Shown: piece by piece, positions 26,265 to 38,594 of the stretch | Layout: each line of letters begins with the position of its first letter | Numbering within the stretch: position 1 is the stretch's first letter | Program-made: the position numbers and the translations under genes | Assembly: GCF_037042905.1 (NCBI RefSeq) | Contig: NC_087252.1 | Location: 25,236,001 to 25,300,000 of the forward strand | DNA from: Lytechinus pictus | Taxonomy: Eukaryota | DNA: 64,000 nt | Reading direction: 5' to 3' | Notes under the pieces: generated by a model | The model's input: only the letters and a program-made list of their open reading frames with translations | Told to the model about the DNA's origin: nothing | The model's database searches: none

Positions 26265-27236
26265 CAGTGCGTATCAAAAAAAGTTTACACTTAGAAAAAA
26301 AATCCTGTAAAATTATATATTTGTAATATCCTGAAGATTTTTCCACATTTAAACATTGGTACAGATCCATTTAAGCAAATGACGATGTAACTGTCGAAAA
26401 ATATTTCCGCTTGAGTGAGCACCACTTACTTTTGAAAAGTTAGTGGAAATAGATTTGCGCAGAACTTTGAAATAGTTATGCGAGTAAAAGTAGAACTTAA
26501 TCATGAAGAGCACATTGAATTTAGCTAGTAAAATTGATTTGAAGACATCTTTTACCTTTTTAACTTGTTTTCTTACCCAAAAAACTTCGAAGAGTGCATT
26601 GCGCCCCACCCCACTCCCCCACACACCGAGGCCATCGTGAAGATATTTGCTTTACACTGAGCTGTGATTTAGATGAAATGGCTTAGGTTCAATTTTCATT
26701 TTGTTAATCATTGTCAAGCTTGGAAAAAGTGTGGAGAAACAAGTATTAATATGAAAAATGAAATATAAACCCACTCTAAATGATAAAAACTTCGTGAAAA
26801 AATGCTGGAGATGTCTGATACTAACTTTTGTTCAGATTTAGTTATGTCCTCAGATCCAGCTGGCACAAAAAGGGTAAATGTTGTGCTTATCAAGTGTTGA
26901 AATTTCAAATTGGGTGGCAAAATTGTAACAAAATGCTTGAATGTATCCATTTATTACAATTGACAAAAAGTGCAATGGGAAATGTATGAGAAATATTTCG
27001 CAGGGTAAGTTTGATTTCGCCCTTTCCCCTTGACACAGCGTGTAAACGAGCATTTCTGCGAGCTTTACAAAAATGGACAATGCTCACTCAAGTGTAACGT
27101 TCTGTCAAAACTTTTACTTTCATTGGATAGATGAGACCCAAACCCAAGATTATATGTGAAAAAATTATCCACATGTTGTACATTTTTTAATTCCCAGGGC
27201 TTTTTCAAAGTGTAAACTTTTTTTTGATACGCACTG
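26265..27236. mobile_element. Tc1/mariner-type non-autonomous element, TA TSD
   Basis: TA|CAGTGCGTATCAAAAAAAGTTTACACTT...AAGTGTAAACTTTTTTTTGATACGCACTG|TA. Confidence 0.85.
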
Positions 27237-28963
27237 TAGTATTCTGACGTGTTTTACATGGTTTTATGTATATTTCGTTTTCGTCTTTCATGGATGTCTG
27301 CTGAGGTATATAGTTGCATTGTATTCTTCCTATATCCTAGTGATAGATACTTTTTTACAATCATTTTAATGGAACATATCAACAAAGACCTATAACCCTG
27401 ACGATTTCTTTTTCGCAGAACCCCATCTATCAAATGAAACAGATGACTGCTTACACCAACAAAATATGTGAAATATTTACCCTTTTAGCCGAAAAGAAGC
27501 AATGCTCACATAAAGAATGTCTTGTTACTTGCAATCAAATTCTCAATAATTCATTCATTTGGTCTGCTAAGGCAGCGACTGTCGAGGCTGCATGCCTCGG
27601 TGCTGTGAGGGATGATGCCATACATAACGCTTTTTTTAAAGGACATCAGAGGCTCTTTGGCTGGCGTTTGACCGGTCTCAGCTTGCGTCATGCCTGTTGC
27701 GGTCCCTCAGAGGCACCTACTGGTGTTTCTAGATATATATATGTGATATAATGATTATTGTATTATATTCCAAGATTTGTCTTTTTTGTCTTCTGTATTT
27801 ACTTTTATTGCCCTGCATTTTCTCATTAAAGGGAAGTGTTCTGGGCGTATATTGTATTCCTTTAATGTGCAGATTTGCAAATAAACTGATTATATAACAA
27901 CTACTCCTTATGTTAATTTAACCTTGCAAACTTTGGGACCTACATGTATTGAATCGAAGATTGGTCAGAGTTGGGGACCACAATGGGCCTAGGTCAAAGA
28001 CTAAATTAAGTATCATTTAAATATTTCAACACAACGCGACCAATTAAGCCAAAGTTTGGGCTTTCCTACCGCAGCTGGATCGAAGAGGCGTAAGCAGATA
28101 CACGTTTAAATATACATTTTTGAAGCAAACACCGACAATCGAAAGACCTGTCTGTATTTGCGTTACATTGTATTTTAAAGGTTTTTGCTTGCGCATAATA
28201 TGTTTATCTTCCAGGTTCTATATTTATTAATTTTGCCGATTAATGAAGTCACTGAAGATTACGGGCCCGTTTCATAACCAGTTACAACTATTGTAACTTT
28301 GCCATTATTGTAACAACCTTGAGAATATTAATTGCGATTGGCTGCTGAGCCCTGTTACCATGGGTATTGCCATGATAGCAACGTTACATCAAGCGTAAGA
28401 ACTTTATGACCCCCCCCCCCCGAACATGTCGAAATAAATGCTATGGGAATGATCCGTATAGTTAAGACATAGGTATTAAATCAGAGCGTTAGATAAAAAA
28501 AAGAAACGGAATAAGAATAGTGAGGATTGAGATAATTGGAGAGGAGAAACACCTAGAATGGAAGGACAGAAAGAAAATCAGACAGGTAGAAGCCATCGAA
28601 AGACATTAAATCGGGAGAATGAAAGAGAACCGGTGAATAAGAAGTCGTATAAACACAAGAGGTCTTCAGATTAACAAACGTTTCACTACAATTGGGCCAC
28701 TAAGAGCTGCTAACAGGCGACCTAAGAGTCCCTGAAAGGTATAGCTTTGAAGTGAAACTACGGTCGTGCGAAATTGTGAGGAATTGACTATGGGAAAATC
28801 AAATCAGAAGTGGTAGTCTTAGGGGGAGGGGGCTGTTGGCCATGTTGGTGCAGTTGTTCACAGAATGTTGTCTGAACAAAAGGACAACATTCTTTTTGGT
28901 TCATGGTCATATTCATAAGACGTTAGAAGGCTATTTGGTCCCTTTGCCTTCATACGAAAACAA

Positions 28964-28972
28964 ATGACGCAG
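28964..28972 (+). CDS. Alternative candidate first coding exon (MTQ) of the acidic TM protein gene
   Basis: AAACAAATG ACG CAG|GTAAGA, phase 0, 230 nt upstream of the acceptor at 29201-29202. Confidence 0.35.
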
Positions 28973-29202
28973 GTAAGACTGTAATATCTTAAAGTTGCAT
29001 GAATATTACAGGTCCAGAAAGGTTATCTTTAAGGATTCGTCAACCTGAAGTGTAAGGTTTTGAAGGGCTATAATGTTCTTTCTTAACAACACATTCCTAA
29101 CGACATGTGTTTATCCTTTCTTAATAATACCCCTCACCCTCTTGACTGACGATTCATTTCCATCTAAAAGAATTGATATTTTTAATCTCTTTTATCAAAC
29201 AG

Positions 29203-29989
29203 GATGAAGAAGTGCAAGACTCTGTTTCGGCTGAAGAGAGCGTTGCCCAAGAACAGCCAGATATAGCGCCACCAACGGACGCTCCTGCAGGTGCTGAACA
29301 AGATATGGACAATCCATCTGCAGGTGATTTAACAGCTGATGGAACAGACTTTCCTCCACCTCCACCTCCGGATAGCGAACCCCCGCCTGAACCCGAATCG
29401 GTACCCGAACCGGCACCCGAACCGGCACCCGAACCGGCAGCCGAACCAGAATCCGTAAGCGATTCAGTACCCGAACCCGAGTCGATGCCTGAAACGGATC
29501 CACCAACTGAACCAGCATCAGAACCAACACCCGAAATTGATGACGAAGCAAATGACGTCACAGATCTTATAGACAGTGCAGTTGACCCGGAAATAGATGA
29601 AGCTGCCGTTGACCCCACAGCTGAAAACGAGATGATTTCACAAGACGAGGAGAGTCAGACACCTGCAGAGGTTACAGTTCACCCCGAGACCGAGTCCCCT
29701 GTGTCTGCAGATGGAAATAGCACGCCCCCACCGATGTACGACGAGACATCCGAGGAAGACAAACCTCAGGCAATCTACCAAAACAGCATGGTAGCCGAGG
29801 ACACTGACGGCATCACAACTCTGGACGAAGAGATCCCCAACGGTCACGGCGTGAACGGTGACCTGGATCCAATCATCATGATGTATTCCAATGAAAAGAC
29901 ATCGTCGACGAGGGCTAGACTGATCTGTTTTGTCATGTTCTTTATCGTGGTGGCCATCACTGTCATAGCACTGACCTTCTACTTAGTTC
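29203..29989 (+). CDS. Main exon of an uncharacterised acidic Pro/Glu-rich single-pass membrane protein
   Basis: Pyrimidine tract-CAG|GAT acceptor and C|GTGAGT donor. GC-richer coding-like composition with PEPA repeats, DFPPPPPPD, PPMY and the hydrophobic segment LICFVMFFIVVAITVIALTFYLV. Confidence 0.85.
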
Positions 29990-30814
29990 GTGAGTATAAT
30001 AGGCCTATTTCAAGTTTTTCGTTTGCGGATATTACCTTGAGAGCTTACTCTTCCTGCGAACCGGAGATGAAGTTCTTTCCTCACTATCCCTCGTAAATGA
30101 TGATCTGGAGGAAATTGACTCAGATTCGGGCATACCATAAATGCGTTTCATTTTTAGTATAAAAGTTGAATTCTGTTGTGTTTTTATCACGAATAGAATT
30201 TGATCTGATTGACTTTATGATGCCTGCCAGATACAAAACTATCAGATACAATATGAATATGATAAAATATACTCTGAAATAAGATTTCAACTAATTGCAT
30301 CACCAAATCCAAATTTTTATTGTGGAAAAATGTTCCATATACATGTAAGTAACACTTATTAAAGTTGACACGTGCAATAGTAATATCTTCTTTTTGCCAT
30401 GGAAAACGCTAACTTTGCACCCTAAATGAACCCTGACTGCAACCTTTGCGTTGTAATCTCAAACCATAGGTGCAAAGTTAAAGAGGGTTCCAACTTACAC
30501 CTTCCCTCATTGATTCTTCTCTTTACCCATTGGGGTGCATGATGTAGCAAACTGCACGATGGGGATACACGACATAAATGTGCACGATTGCAGACATTTG
30601 CACCGCCTCGGGTAATGCTTGTCGTCCAACATCAAGGGTTTCAATTTGAACTTTCTTCTTAGTGTTAATGATTTGGGAAAGAGCAACTAAGCATAGTAAC
30701 GTTTCTCTACTCGAGCAGGGTTTGTCACAATCATAATTGCTGAAATTCACTGTGGGAATTCTGTTTGCCGACCTTACTCTAATTTCGATTTTGATATCAT
30801 TCTTTGTTTTATAG

Positions 30815-30883
30815 TTTATTATGAGAACGGAGATAGTTCCGACTCATCAGAAGGTCTGGTGGTAACAACGCCGCGTGCCCCAT
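30815..30883 (+). CDS. Exon 3 of the acidic TM protein (LYYENGDSSDSSEGLVVTTPRAP)
   Basis: TTTTATAG| acceptor and T|GTAAGT donor; 69 nt, phase 1-1, open in the continuing frame. Confidence 0.75.
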
Positions 30884-32000
30884 GTAAGTACCCAACTAAT
30901 TGATTTTTAAATTATTCTGAAGATCTTTACAGGCCGGGTTACACCGGTACGGAATCAGCTGCGAATCCATCCGAACTCACGTATTCGGGTGGTCTCAGGA
31001 GTATTCTGTTCTCCCTCCGCGAATGCGAAAAAAATCGAATGTTCCCGAATCCACCAAAACCGTCCGAATTATGCTCGATTCGGCTGGAATCAGTCCGAAT
31101 GTATTCGGGAGAATTCGGTTTTGGCGTAACCCTGGCTTTACAGTCGCACCAACGAAACCAAAGTCTTGCTAACCATTCGGAATATTTCGTATAATAATCA
31201 GATCGGTCCGGGCCAAGTTGCTTTAAAAGTTATTATTGACTTATTGTATGGTAACTTTGCTATCCAATGCTAACTACCATGGTAACGCTGATCAACAGCC
31301 AATCAAAATCAAGGACTCCATGCAAGTTACCATTGCATGGAAAAGATACCTTAATGGTAATTTATATGTGACTGAGCCAAGAATTCAGTTTCTTTTGTGT
31401 GACTGTAGCATGAAGTGCCCTTAAAGGACACCTCGTAACATACGAGCTGCATAACAATGACTAAAAAGCCTGGCAACATGGGAAACCAATTGCGTCGGAA
31501 CGATCGCGGGGGCCCATTTCAGAAAGAATTGAGATCAAACGCAAATCCAAAGATCGCAACTTTATTTTTAACCTATGAAACACGGCTATTAGGAACTTGT
31601 AATGGCTTTTTGGAGTTGCGATTGAAAACTCTTTCAGCAACAGGCCCCATATGTGATAGCCCTATACCAGAAAACCCTAGCACCACTTTATACATAGCCT
31701 TCTCAACAGTATCACGCGCATGGATGAACACGACATTTGTTCCTGCGACAATTGCTCCGAGCCGAATTTCGTCTAAGACGTAGGGTTAGGATTGCAATGG
31801 GTTTAATGTTAGCTTAAAGTTAGGTTTAGGGTAGCGTATAGCGTTGGACATTCGATTGGTGTGTGGAATCTAGAGCGGAGCAATTGTCGCCAGGGAAAAT
31901 GTCATGGAAACCACGCATGATGGGCTTGCCAGAGGATTTCCCTTTTAGAATGGTGCAGTGTTCTTTTTATATGGGTATCATTATGAAGCAATATGAACCC

Positions 32001-32549
32001 AGGGCTCCGTAACACAAAGGTTTGCGATGAATTGCAAATATATATATATATCTATCAATTTTGCATAACTCTGCAGTATAGAATATAGAAAACCAATAAA
32101 TAAGTTAATAATACATACATATATATATATGTATATATATATATATTTATATAATATAGGGTAGTTATATTGCGCACATATCCACCTTGTTAGGTGCTCA
32201 AGGCGCTCCTATATTACCCGGCTAAGCTAGGCGTTCATAGCGCACACAGCTTTTTAAGAATTTCTTCCTACCGGTCCCCATTTGCCTCACCTGGGTTGAG
32301 TGCAGCACATTGTGGATCAGTTTCTTGCCGAAGGAAATTACGCCATGGCTGGGATTCGAACCCACGACCCTCTGTTTCAAAGTCCGAAGACTAATCCAAT
32401 GGGCCACAACGCTCCACACTGATAATATAACATATAACACTGATTAGTTCCCGGTCAGTATTTTAAACAGAGTGCGCAGGCAACGATGATCTTGATTGGT
32501 CATTGGTGTTTAGCGATTGATTGCAAACCTTTGTGTTACGGAGCCCAGG
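32001..32549. mobile_element. TIR MITE containing a SINE; related copy at ~40279-40413
   Basis: GGGCTCCGTAACACAAAGGTTTGC / GCAAACCTTTGTGTTACGGAGCCC. Confidence 0.72.
32165..32418 (-). mobile_element. tRNA-derived SINE
   Basis: Minus strand has an A-box-like TGGCCCATTGG and B box GGTTCGAATCC, then the body TGCTGCACTCAACCCAGGTGAGG. A partial copy lies at ~38850-39010. Confidence 0.8.
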
Positions 32550-32673
32550 ATAGCTATACGGCAGACTTTCCAAACTTGTCTTAGTTGCGTTTGTTTCTTT
32601 TCGTTGATTTGTTAAATTGACGCTTGGTTACAAAGTTCTGGTATATGTTTTTCGTTTCTTATTTTCTTTTCAG

Positions 32674-32675
32674 AG
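32674..32675 (+). CDS. Last exon: supplies AG of the split TAG stop, then 3' UTR
   Basis: Strong acceptor TTTCTTATTTTCTTTTCAG|AG; T(30883)+AG = TAG. AATAAA at 32882. Confidence 0.6.
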
Positions 32676-33611
32676 CCCAGAGTGGACTGACACCAATAAC
32701 CTTGGAAACGGATTTATATCGTCACCATGGTAACCAAACATTCTTAGGCTGAAACTCAAGGATTGCCAAAACAAAGCCATGAATACTGACCTATCTCCGA
32801 TCGGATGCCAGTTCTAATGTACATGGACATAATGAGGAGAAAAATCGAGTTCCCATAGCACAAGTCAGTTAACTCTGACATAATAAAACGATACAAAACC
32901 TGTATAAAGGAATGTAAAATTGACCGTATAATGGCCTTCCTTAGTTCCAGGGATTGGATCTTAAATCTTATGAATACTCATCCCAACGTTCTTTGAAAAC
33001 GGTACAGCTCACGTGTTGTTAAAAATTCTTTATTTCATGTATCATGTGTATTTATACAATTTACAGAAGTACCTTAAGGCTAGTTGATATCTAGATAATG
33101 TAAGTATTTATTTTTGGAGCAATTTTTTAAATGTTATTTTCATGAACGAAATAACCACCATATAAACATGTCTGTCGGCAATATGATGTGATGTTATAAA
33201 CGTACGTCATGCTCATTGACGTCATGGCATCTCTTAGAGGCTGAAGCCATTGCCACGCATCTGTCGGTGAATCACTGCAGCTGGACCATCTCCGACCCGC
33301 TCTCCGTTTATGCGTCTTCCTATATCCTCTAAGGGAGGGCGCTGTGAGATTATGACGTCATATGCATAAGGTCTATTATGGCTGTACCTGGGGCTCGAGC
33401 TGACCATGGCATAAAGCTACAACAGGAATGAGAAGCCGCTTTTGAGGTGTTACGACGCCTCTCTTCTCTCCTCCGTTCAATTTGAACTTAAATCTTTGGA
33501 AATCGATTTTTGCTATTATTATTTTTCTCTCATATTGAAGGACTTTTACAAAGGAATATCATAGGACATTTACATCGTGAGTATAATTTGGATTATTGTC
33601 CCGTTTCCGAG

Positions 33612-34742
33612 ATGTTTGCGGAGAAAGCTAGGCCACTCCCTTCATTTCTTCCACAAGGTCCCAAACCCGTATTTCTACGTTCAACCGACATCCGTAACGT
33701 AGACAAGAAACCACTTTCGGGAGAGGAACTTTACAAGAGTATCGTAAAGGTCGTTGACCCTGAGAATATCTCAGGTATTCAAGAAATTCGACACCTATGG
33801 AGAATTTACCTAATCTCATCCGAGGATAGAGTTTCATTGATTTCAAACGGCCTTGATCTACGTGGATCTTTTGTTGCTATCCATGACGTCAATCCTTTTA
33901 CAAAGGCGAGGGATGAGCATCTTACCAGGGTTGTAGTGAAAGATATCCCCCTTTCTTTAAGTGATGACGTCATCAGAGGAGAGATCTTGGCACGAAAGCA
34001 AGAAATAAAAGGAGATATTCATCGGCAGAGGTTGCGGGTCAACGGTCAGCTTACCAATTGTTTGAATGGGGATAGGGTCATCTTCATCACCCCTCCAACC
34101 CACCCACTCCCAAGAAAGATGAGCTTCGGTAACCTGTTCACCGGTAGAGTTTACCACGATGGCCAACCACAGCAATTCAGCAGGGGTCAGGTGAAATGCT
34201 CGAGATGCTTAGAAGTTGGTCACCATGCATCCACCTGTATTAGTGAAGTAAAGTGCCTAAGGTGCAGCAAGTTTGGGCACATGAAAAGTGCTTGCCCTGA
34301 CAACGAAAGTGCTGATGTGTTACGTAATATCGCGGCATCTAGTGATACCATGGATACAGCGTGTGCTCCCGACCCTGAAGCGACCACTCAACACAAAGAA
34401 TCTTCTTCGAGTCATCAAGAAGCGAAACGTCAAACGAGCCTCGCGGATTTCCTGACGAAACCACAGCAAAGTGATCGTAGTGGCGCGAGTACATCTTCAC
34501 TTCCTCCTCGTAAAGCTGCAAATCGTCAGACATCGTACGCGTCAGACGGAGCGATCTCCAACAACCGAGAGCAGCGACTACAGAGAAGGCAGTTGAATAA
34601 GGACGTAGAAGCACAAGTGAGCAGCAGCGAAAGCGAAGTTGACTCACCTTCAACATCATCATCATCTGAAGTTCCAAAGGCTGTTTCGAAAGGTAAAAAA
34701 CCCGCAAAAAGAAGGCGAAAAGGATCAAATAAAATCAAATAA
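33612..34742 (+). CDS. Tx1-type ORF1 (gag-like nucleic-acid-binding protein, two CCHC zinc knuckles), 376 aa from the first ATG
   Basis: CSRCLEVGHHASTC and CLRCSKFGHMKSAC; Ser-rich region then a basic C-terminus; open reading frame. Confidence 0.9.
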   Translation: MFAEKARPLPSFLPQGPKPVFLRSTDIRNVDKKPLSGEELYKSIVKVVDPENISGIQEIRHLWRIYLISSEDRVSLISNGLDLRGSFVAIHDVNPFTKARDEHLTRVVVKDIPLSLSDDVIRGEILARKQEIKGDIHRQRLRVNGQLTNCLNGDRVIFITPPTHPLPRKMSFGNLFTGRVYHDGQPQQFSRGQVKCSRCLEVGHHASTCISEVKCLRCSKFGHMKSACPDNESADVLRNIAASSDTMDTACAPDPEATTQHKESSSSHQEAKRQTSLADFLTKPQQSDRSGASTSSLPPRKAANRQTSYASDGAISNNREQRLQRRQLNKDVEAQVSSSESEVDSPSTSSSSEVPKAVSKGKKPAKRRRKGSNKIK

Positions 34743-34789
34743 ACTTCGAATACGTTCCTAGACAAAGTTGATCTTATTCTCTACTTTTA

Positions 34790-37700
34790 ATGATCGGTGC
34801 TTCAGTGCACTTTATATCCTTGAATGTGAGAGGGCTTCGGGATCATCTGAAGCGAAGTAAGATTTTTCTTTGGTTAAATCAACAGAAAAGTGATATCGTG
34901 TTTTTACAAGAAACGTACTGGACAAGTGATCTAGAACCTAAAATTAGTAATGAATGGAAAGGCCAATGTTATTTTAATCATGGAACGAACCATTCGAAAG
35001 GGGTTGCAGTTCTGATTAAAAATAAGCTTCATATTGAAAACATATGTAGCAAAGCTAAAGGAGATGGTAGAATACTAAATTTGTCTTTCACATGTCAAGG
35101 TGAATGTTTTAATTGTATTAACATTTATGCACCCACCAAACGATCTGATAAAGGTTCATTTTATAGAAATTTTATGAGTTGGATTAAAAACGTTGTAAAT
35201 CCAAATGAGAAAATGATTTTTGGTGGAGATTGGAATTATGCTCAAAACAAAAAAATAGACACACAAGGAATTTTATATACATATGGTGCAGATGATTATA
35301 TCTTAAAGCTAAAAAAACAATACTTATTGTTAGATATCTGGAGAAAGTTATATCCAGCATGTAAGCAATATACATGGAGGCAAAATTCCCTCAATTTATT
35401 TTCTCGTTTGGATTATTGGCTTATTTCAAGAGACCTTAGCCAATATGTTCTCTCTACGGATATCAGACCATGTCTCAATTGTGACCACAATGCTATTTCA
35501 TTGAAATTAAAACTTTTTAACGACGTGCGAGGAAGGGGTTACTGGAAATTTAATAGTGACCTACTTAAAGATGATATATATAGGTTGAATATCGGAAATG
35601 TAATATATAAATGTAAATTGAAATATGAGAACCTTGATGCTCAAGGAAAGTGGGAAATGTGTAAAGTTAGAATTAAAGAATATACAATTAAATATGCTAT
35701 AGATGTACAACGAAAAAAGAGAGAAAAACTTGTTCAATTGGAAAGGCAATATTTTTTATTGAACAAAGAAATGGACAGTAGTCCTAATGATAGAAATGTC
35801 GAAGAAATCAATAAAATAAGGAAAGATATCGATGATTTGTATAATTATAAATGTAAAGGAGCTTACATAAGATCGAGAGAGAAGTGGATGGAGGAAGGTG
35901 AAAAATCAACAAAGTACTTTCTTGGCCTTGAAAAAAGAAACGGAAAAAAGAAAGAAGTTGATTGCCTAGAACACAACGGTAAAACAATCACTGATAAGGT
36001 GAAAATATTACAGAGATTACGTAAATATTATGATGATTTATATAAAAACCTTAATTCTATTAGTGATTTAGAGTACGAAAAATATTTATTTCATACAAAT
36101 ATACAAATCCTAAATGAAAATGAAGCATCGGGTTGTGAAGGTGATATAACCGAAAAGGAATGTGCCGAGGCTCTGTCAAGAATGCAGAATAATAAATCAC
36201 CAGGTAGCGACGGCCTCACAGCCGAGTTTTATAAATGCTTTTGGAGCAAGCTAAAAGATATGTTAATGAACAGTTTAAATGAAGGACATAGAAAGCAGCA
36301 ATTGTCTCCAAGTCAAAACATGGCCATTTTGGCGTTATTGTTTAAAAAAGGAAATAAAAACATCATTCATAACTGGAGACCAATATCAATCCTAAATGTG
36401 GATTACAAAATTCTTGCACAAGTTCTTGCCAAACGACTACAAAATGTAATAACGAGCATTGTATCTCCCGATCAAAGTGGTTTTATTAGAGAAAGGTCAT
36501 CAGCCGAAAATATACGTCTGGTGCAAGATATAATTGATTATTATCAGGGCATAAAAGCCCCGGGCATAATTATGTTTCTGGATTTTGAAAAAGCCTATGA
36601 CAACATAAGTCATAACTTTCTATTTCACCTTTTAAAAAGATTAAATTTTGGAAATTCATTCATTCGGTGGATTCAATCGATGTATAAAAACGCAAAAGGC
36701 CGTGTGCTAAATCATGGCTGGATCTCTGAAACTTTTCAAATTAAAAGAGGTGTAAGGCAGGGGTGCCCCCTCTCATCACTACTTTTTATTATTGTTGCAG
36801 AAGTTTTGGCGACGAAAATTAAACAGAATCATAAAATTGAAGGTCTCAGTTTACCGATTTCGCAGTTGAATGATGATCAAGTAGAAGTAAAAATATCCCA
36901 ATTTGCAGATGATACAACTATATTTATGAAAAATGAAAGTTCTCTTTCTATTTTGATGGAAGAATTAATACTATTTGGTTCAAATGCTGGGCCAAGGATT
37001 AATTTGCTAAAAACCAAGCTGCTGAAGCTTAATATTGATGTTGTCCCCGGACAAATAGAATGTACTGAAGAACCGATAAAATATTTAGGTATATATGTTG
37101 GGAAAAATGAGAAAGATGTTGAAGATTATAATTGGCAAAATAAACTAGATAAGATACAAAATATTATTAGAGTATGGAAACTAAGAAATCTAACATTTTT
37201 CGGAAAAATTATTATCATCAAAACTTTGTTGGTGTCTCAAATTGTGTATCCTGCAAAAGTGATTAGAATTCCCCAGAAAGTAATCAAATCTCTAAATAAA
37301 ATGTTATATACTTTTATTTGGAATTCTTCAAAAGAAAAGGTTAAAAGAAATGTTTGTATAAATAAAACAAACGAAGGTGGTCTTGGTATGGTCCACTTGG
37401 AATCGAAAATTGAATCGCTTAAGATTTCGTGGATAAGCAAGTTGTTAGAGCAAGGCGAACGTAGTTGGAAATTTCTTTTTAATTATTGGTTATCAAAGAT
37501 TGGTGAAATTCCTTTATGTTTTGAATACAATATATCAACAAAAGATATGAATTTTCTTTGTACAAAAGCAAATATACCTAGTTTTTACCATGATTTTTTT
37601 TGTAGCTGGTCCAAGTTAAGATACATTGGTATATTTGGAGTAAAAAACATTGAAAATGAAATCATTTGGAATAACAGCAATATTACTTTTAATAAACGTA

Positions 37701-38594
37701 TGTTGGTATTTGAGAAATGGAAGCATGCAGGTATAATTAGGGTTAAGGATGTTATAAGAAATCGTCAGTGGTTAGCACCAAATATTTTAAATAAATCTGT
37801 CTATTCTTCTCAGCTTTTATTTGATTTAGAATATGCTAAATTAAAAAAGTCTTTTCCTGTTTATTGGTTGAATAAGTTGTTTAAGGAAAATTATCCACTC
37901 GAATTAAAAAAAAGTGAACGAATCTTAATTTCATTAAAAAGTGGAGAACAAATAACTCTAGATTATTTACCAACAAGAAAGATATATTCTCTATTATGTT
38001 CGGAGGTATCGGAAGAACCAGGCATTGTTTCTTTTTGGTCTAATCTTTTTTCATTACCAGTTTCCTTTAGTTGGAGCCATGTATTTTATTTTAAGTTGCA
38101 TTTAATTGTGGATAATAGAATTAGACAATTTAGTTTTAAATTTTTGAACAAGATTGTACCCTCAAGAGACAATTTATTTAAGTGGCATGTAGTAGAAAAC
38201 AACTCATGTAACATTTGCGGAGAAGTTGATACCACTTTTCATTTCATACTGTATTGTAAATATGTTCGATTTTTTTTGGAAAATTATAGAAAGGTTGGTA
38301 TTTTATATTTTCAAGATGACTATTTCTATAGATGAAAAAACATTAATCATAGGTTATGATCTGCAAAGTTCCAGCAATGTTATGTGTAATTTATTTTGTG
38401 TTATTGCTCAATTTGTTATTTATCAAAATTACATAAAAAGCATATTCAAAGGAAAAAGATATGATGCGAATTCTTTATGGATTGAATTCAAGCTTACTAT
38501 GATTATTTATTTAGAAAGTTTATGTAAACAAAAAAGCAAGTTAGGAATTTTGAAAAAATGTGATATTCAAAAAATTATTGCATTATTGAAGTGA
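34790..38594 (+). CDS. Tx1-type ORF2: APE endonuclease, reverse transcriptase and C-terminal CCHC; +1 frameshift near 38270 (stops at 38335 as assembled)
   Basis: SLNVRGL, LQET, GGDWN, RLDY, CDH, KSPGSDG, WRPIS, LDFEKAYD, GVRQGCPLS, QFADD, KYLGI, CNICGEVDTTFHFILYC. Removing one T from the T8 at 38270-38277 joins ORF 38226-38594 (...RFFWKII...). Confidence 0.93.

Noticed and set aside
29154..29847. Minus-strand ORFs (154, 118 and 69 aa)
   Set aside because: Antisense shadows of the repetitive Pro/Glu exon.
29173..30096. 307-aa ORF as a single-exon gene
   Set aside because: It has a non-ATG start and its ends run through a clear acceptor (29201-29202) and donor (29990).
33510..33611. N-terminal extension of Tx1 ORF1
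   Set aside because: It depends on a TTG start; the first ATG is at 33612.
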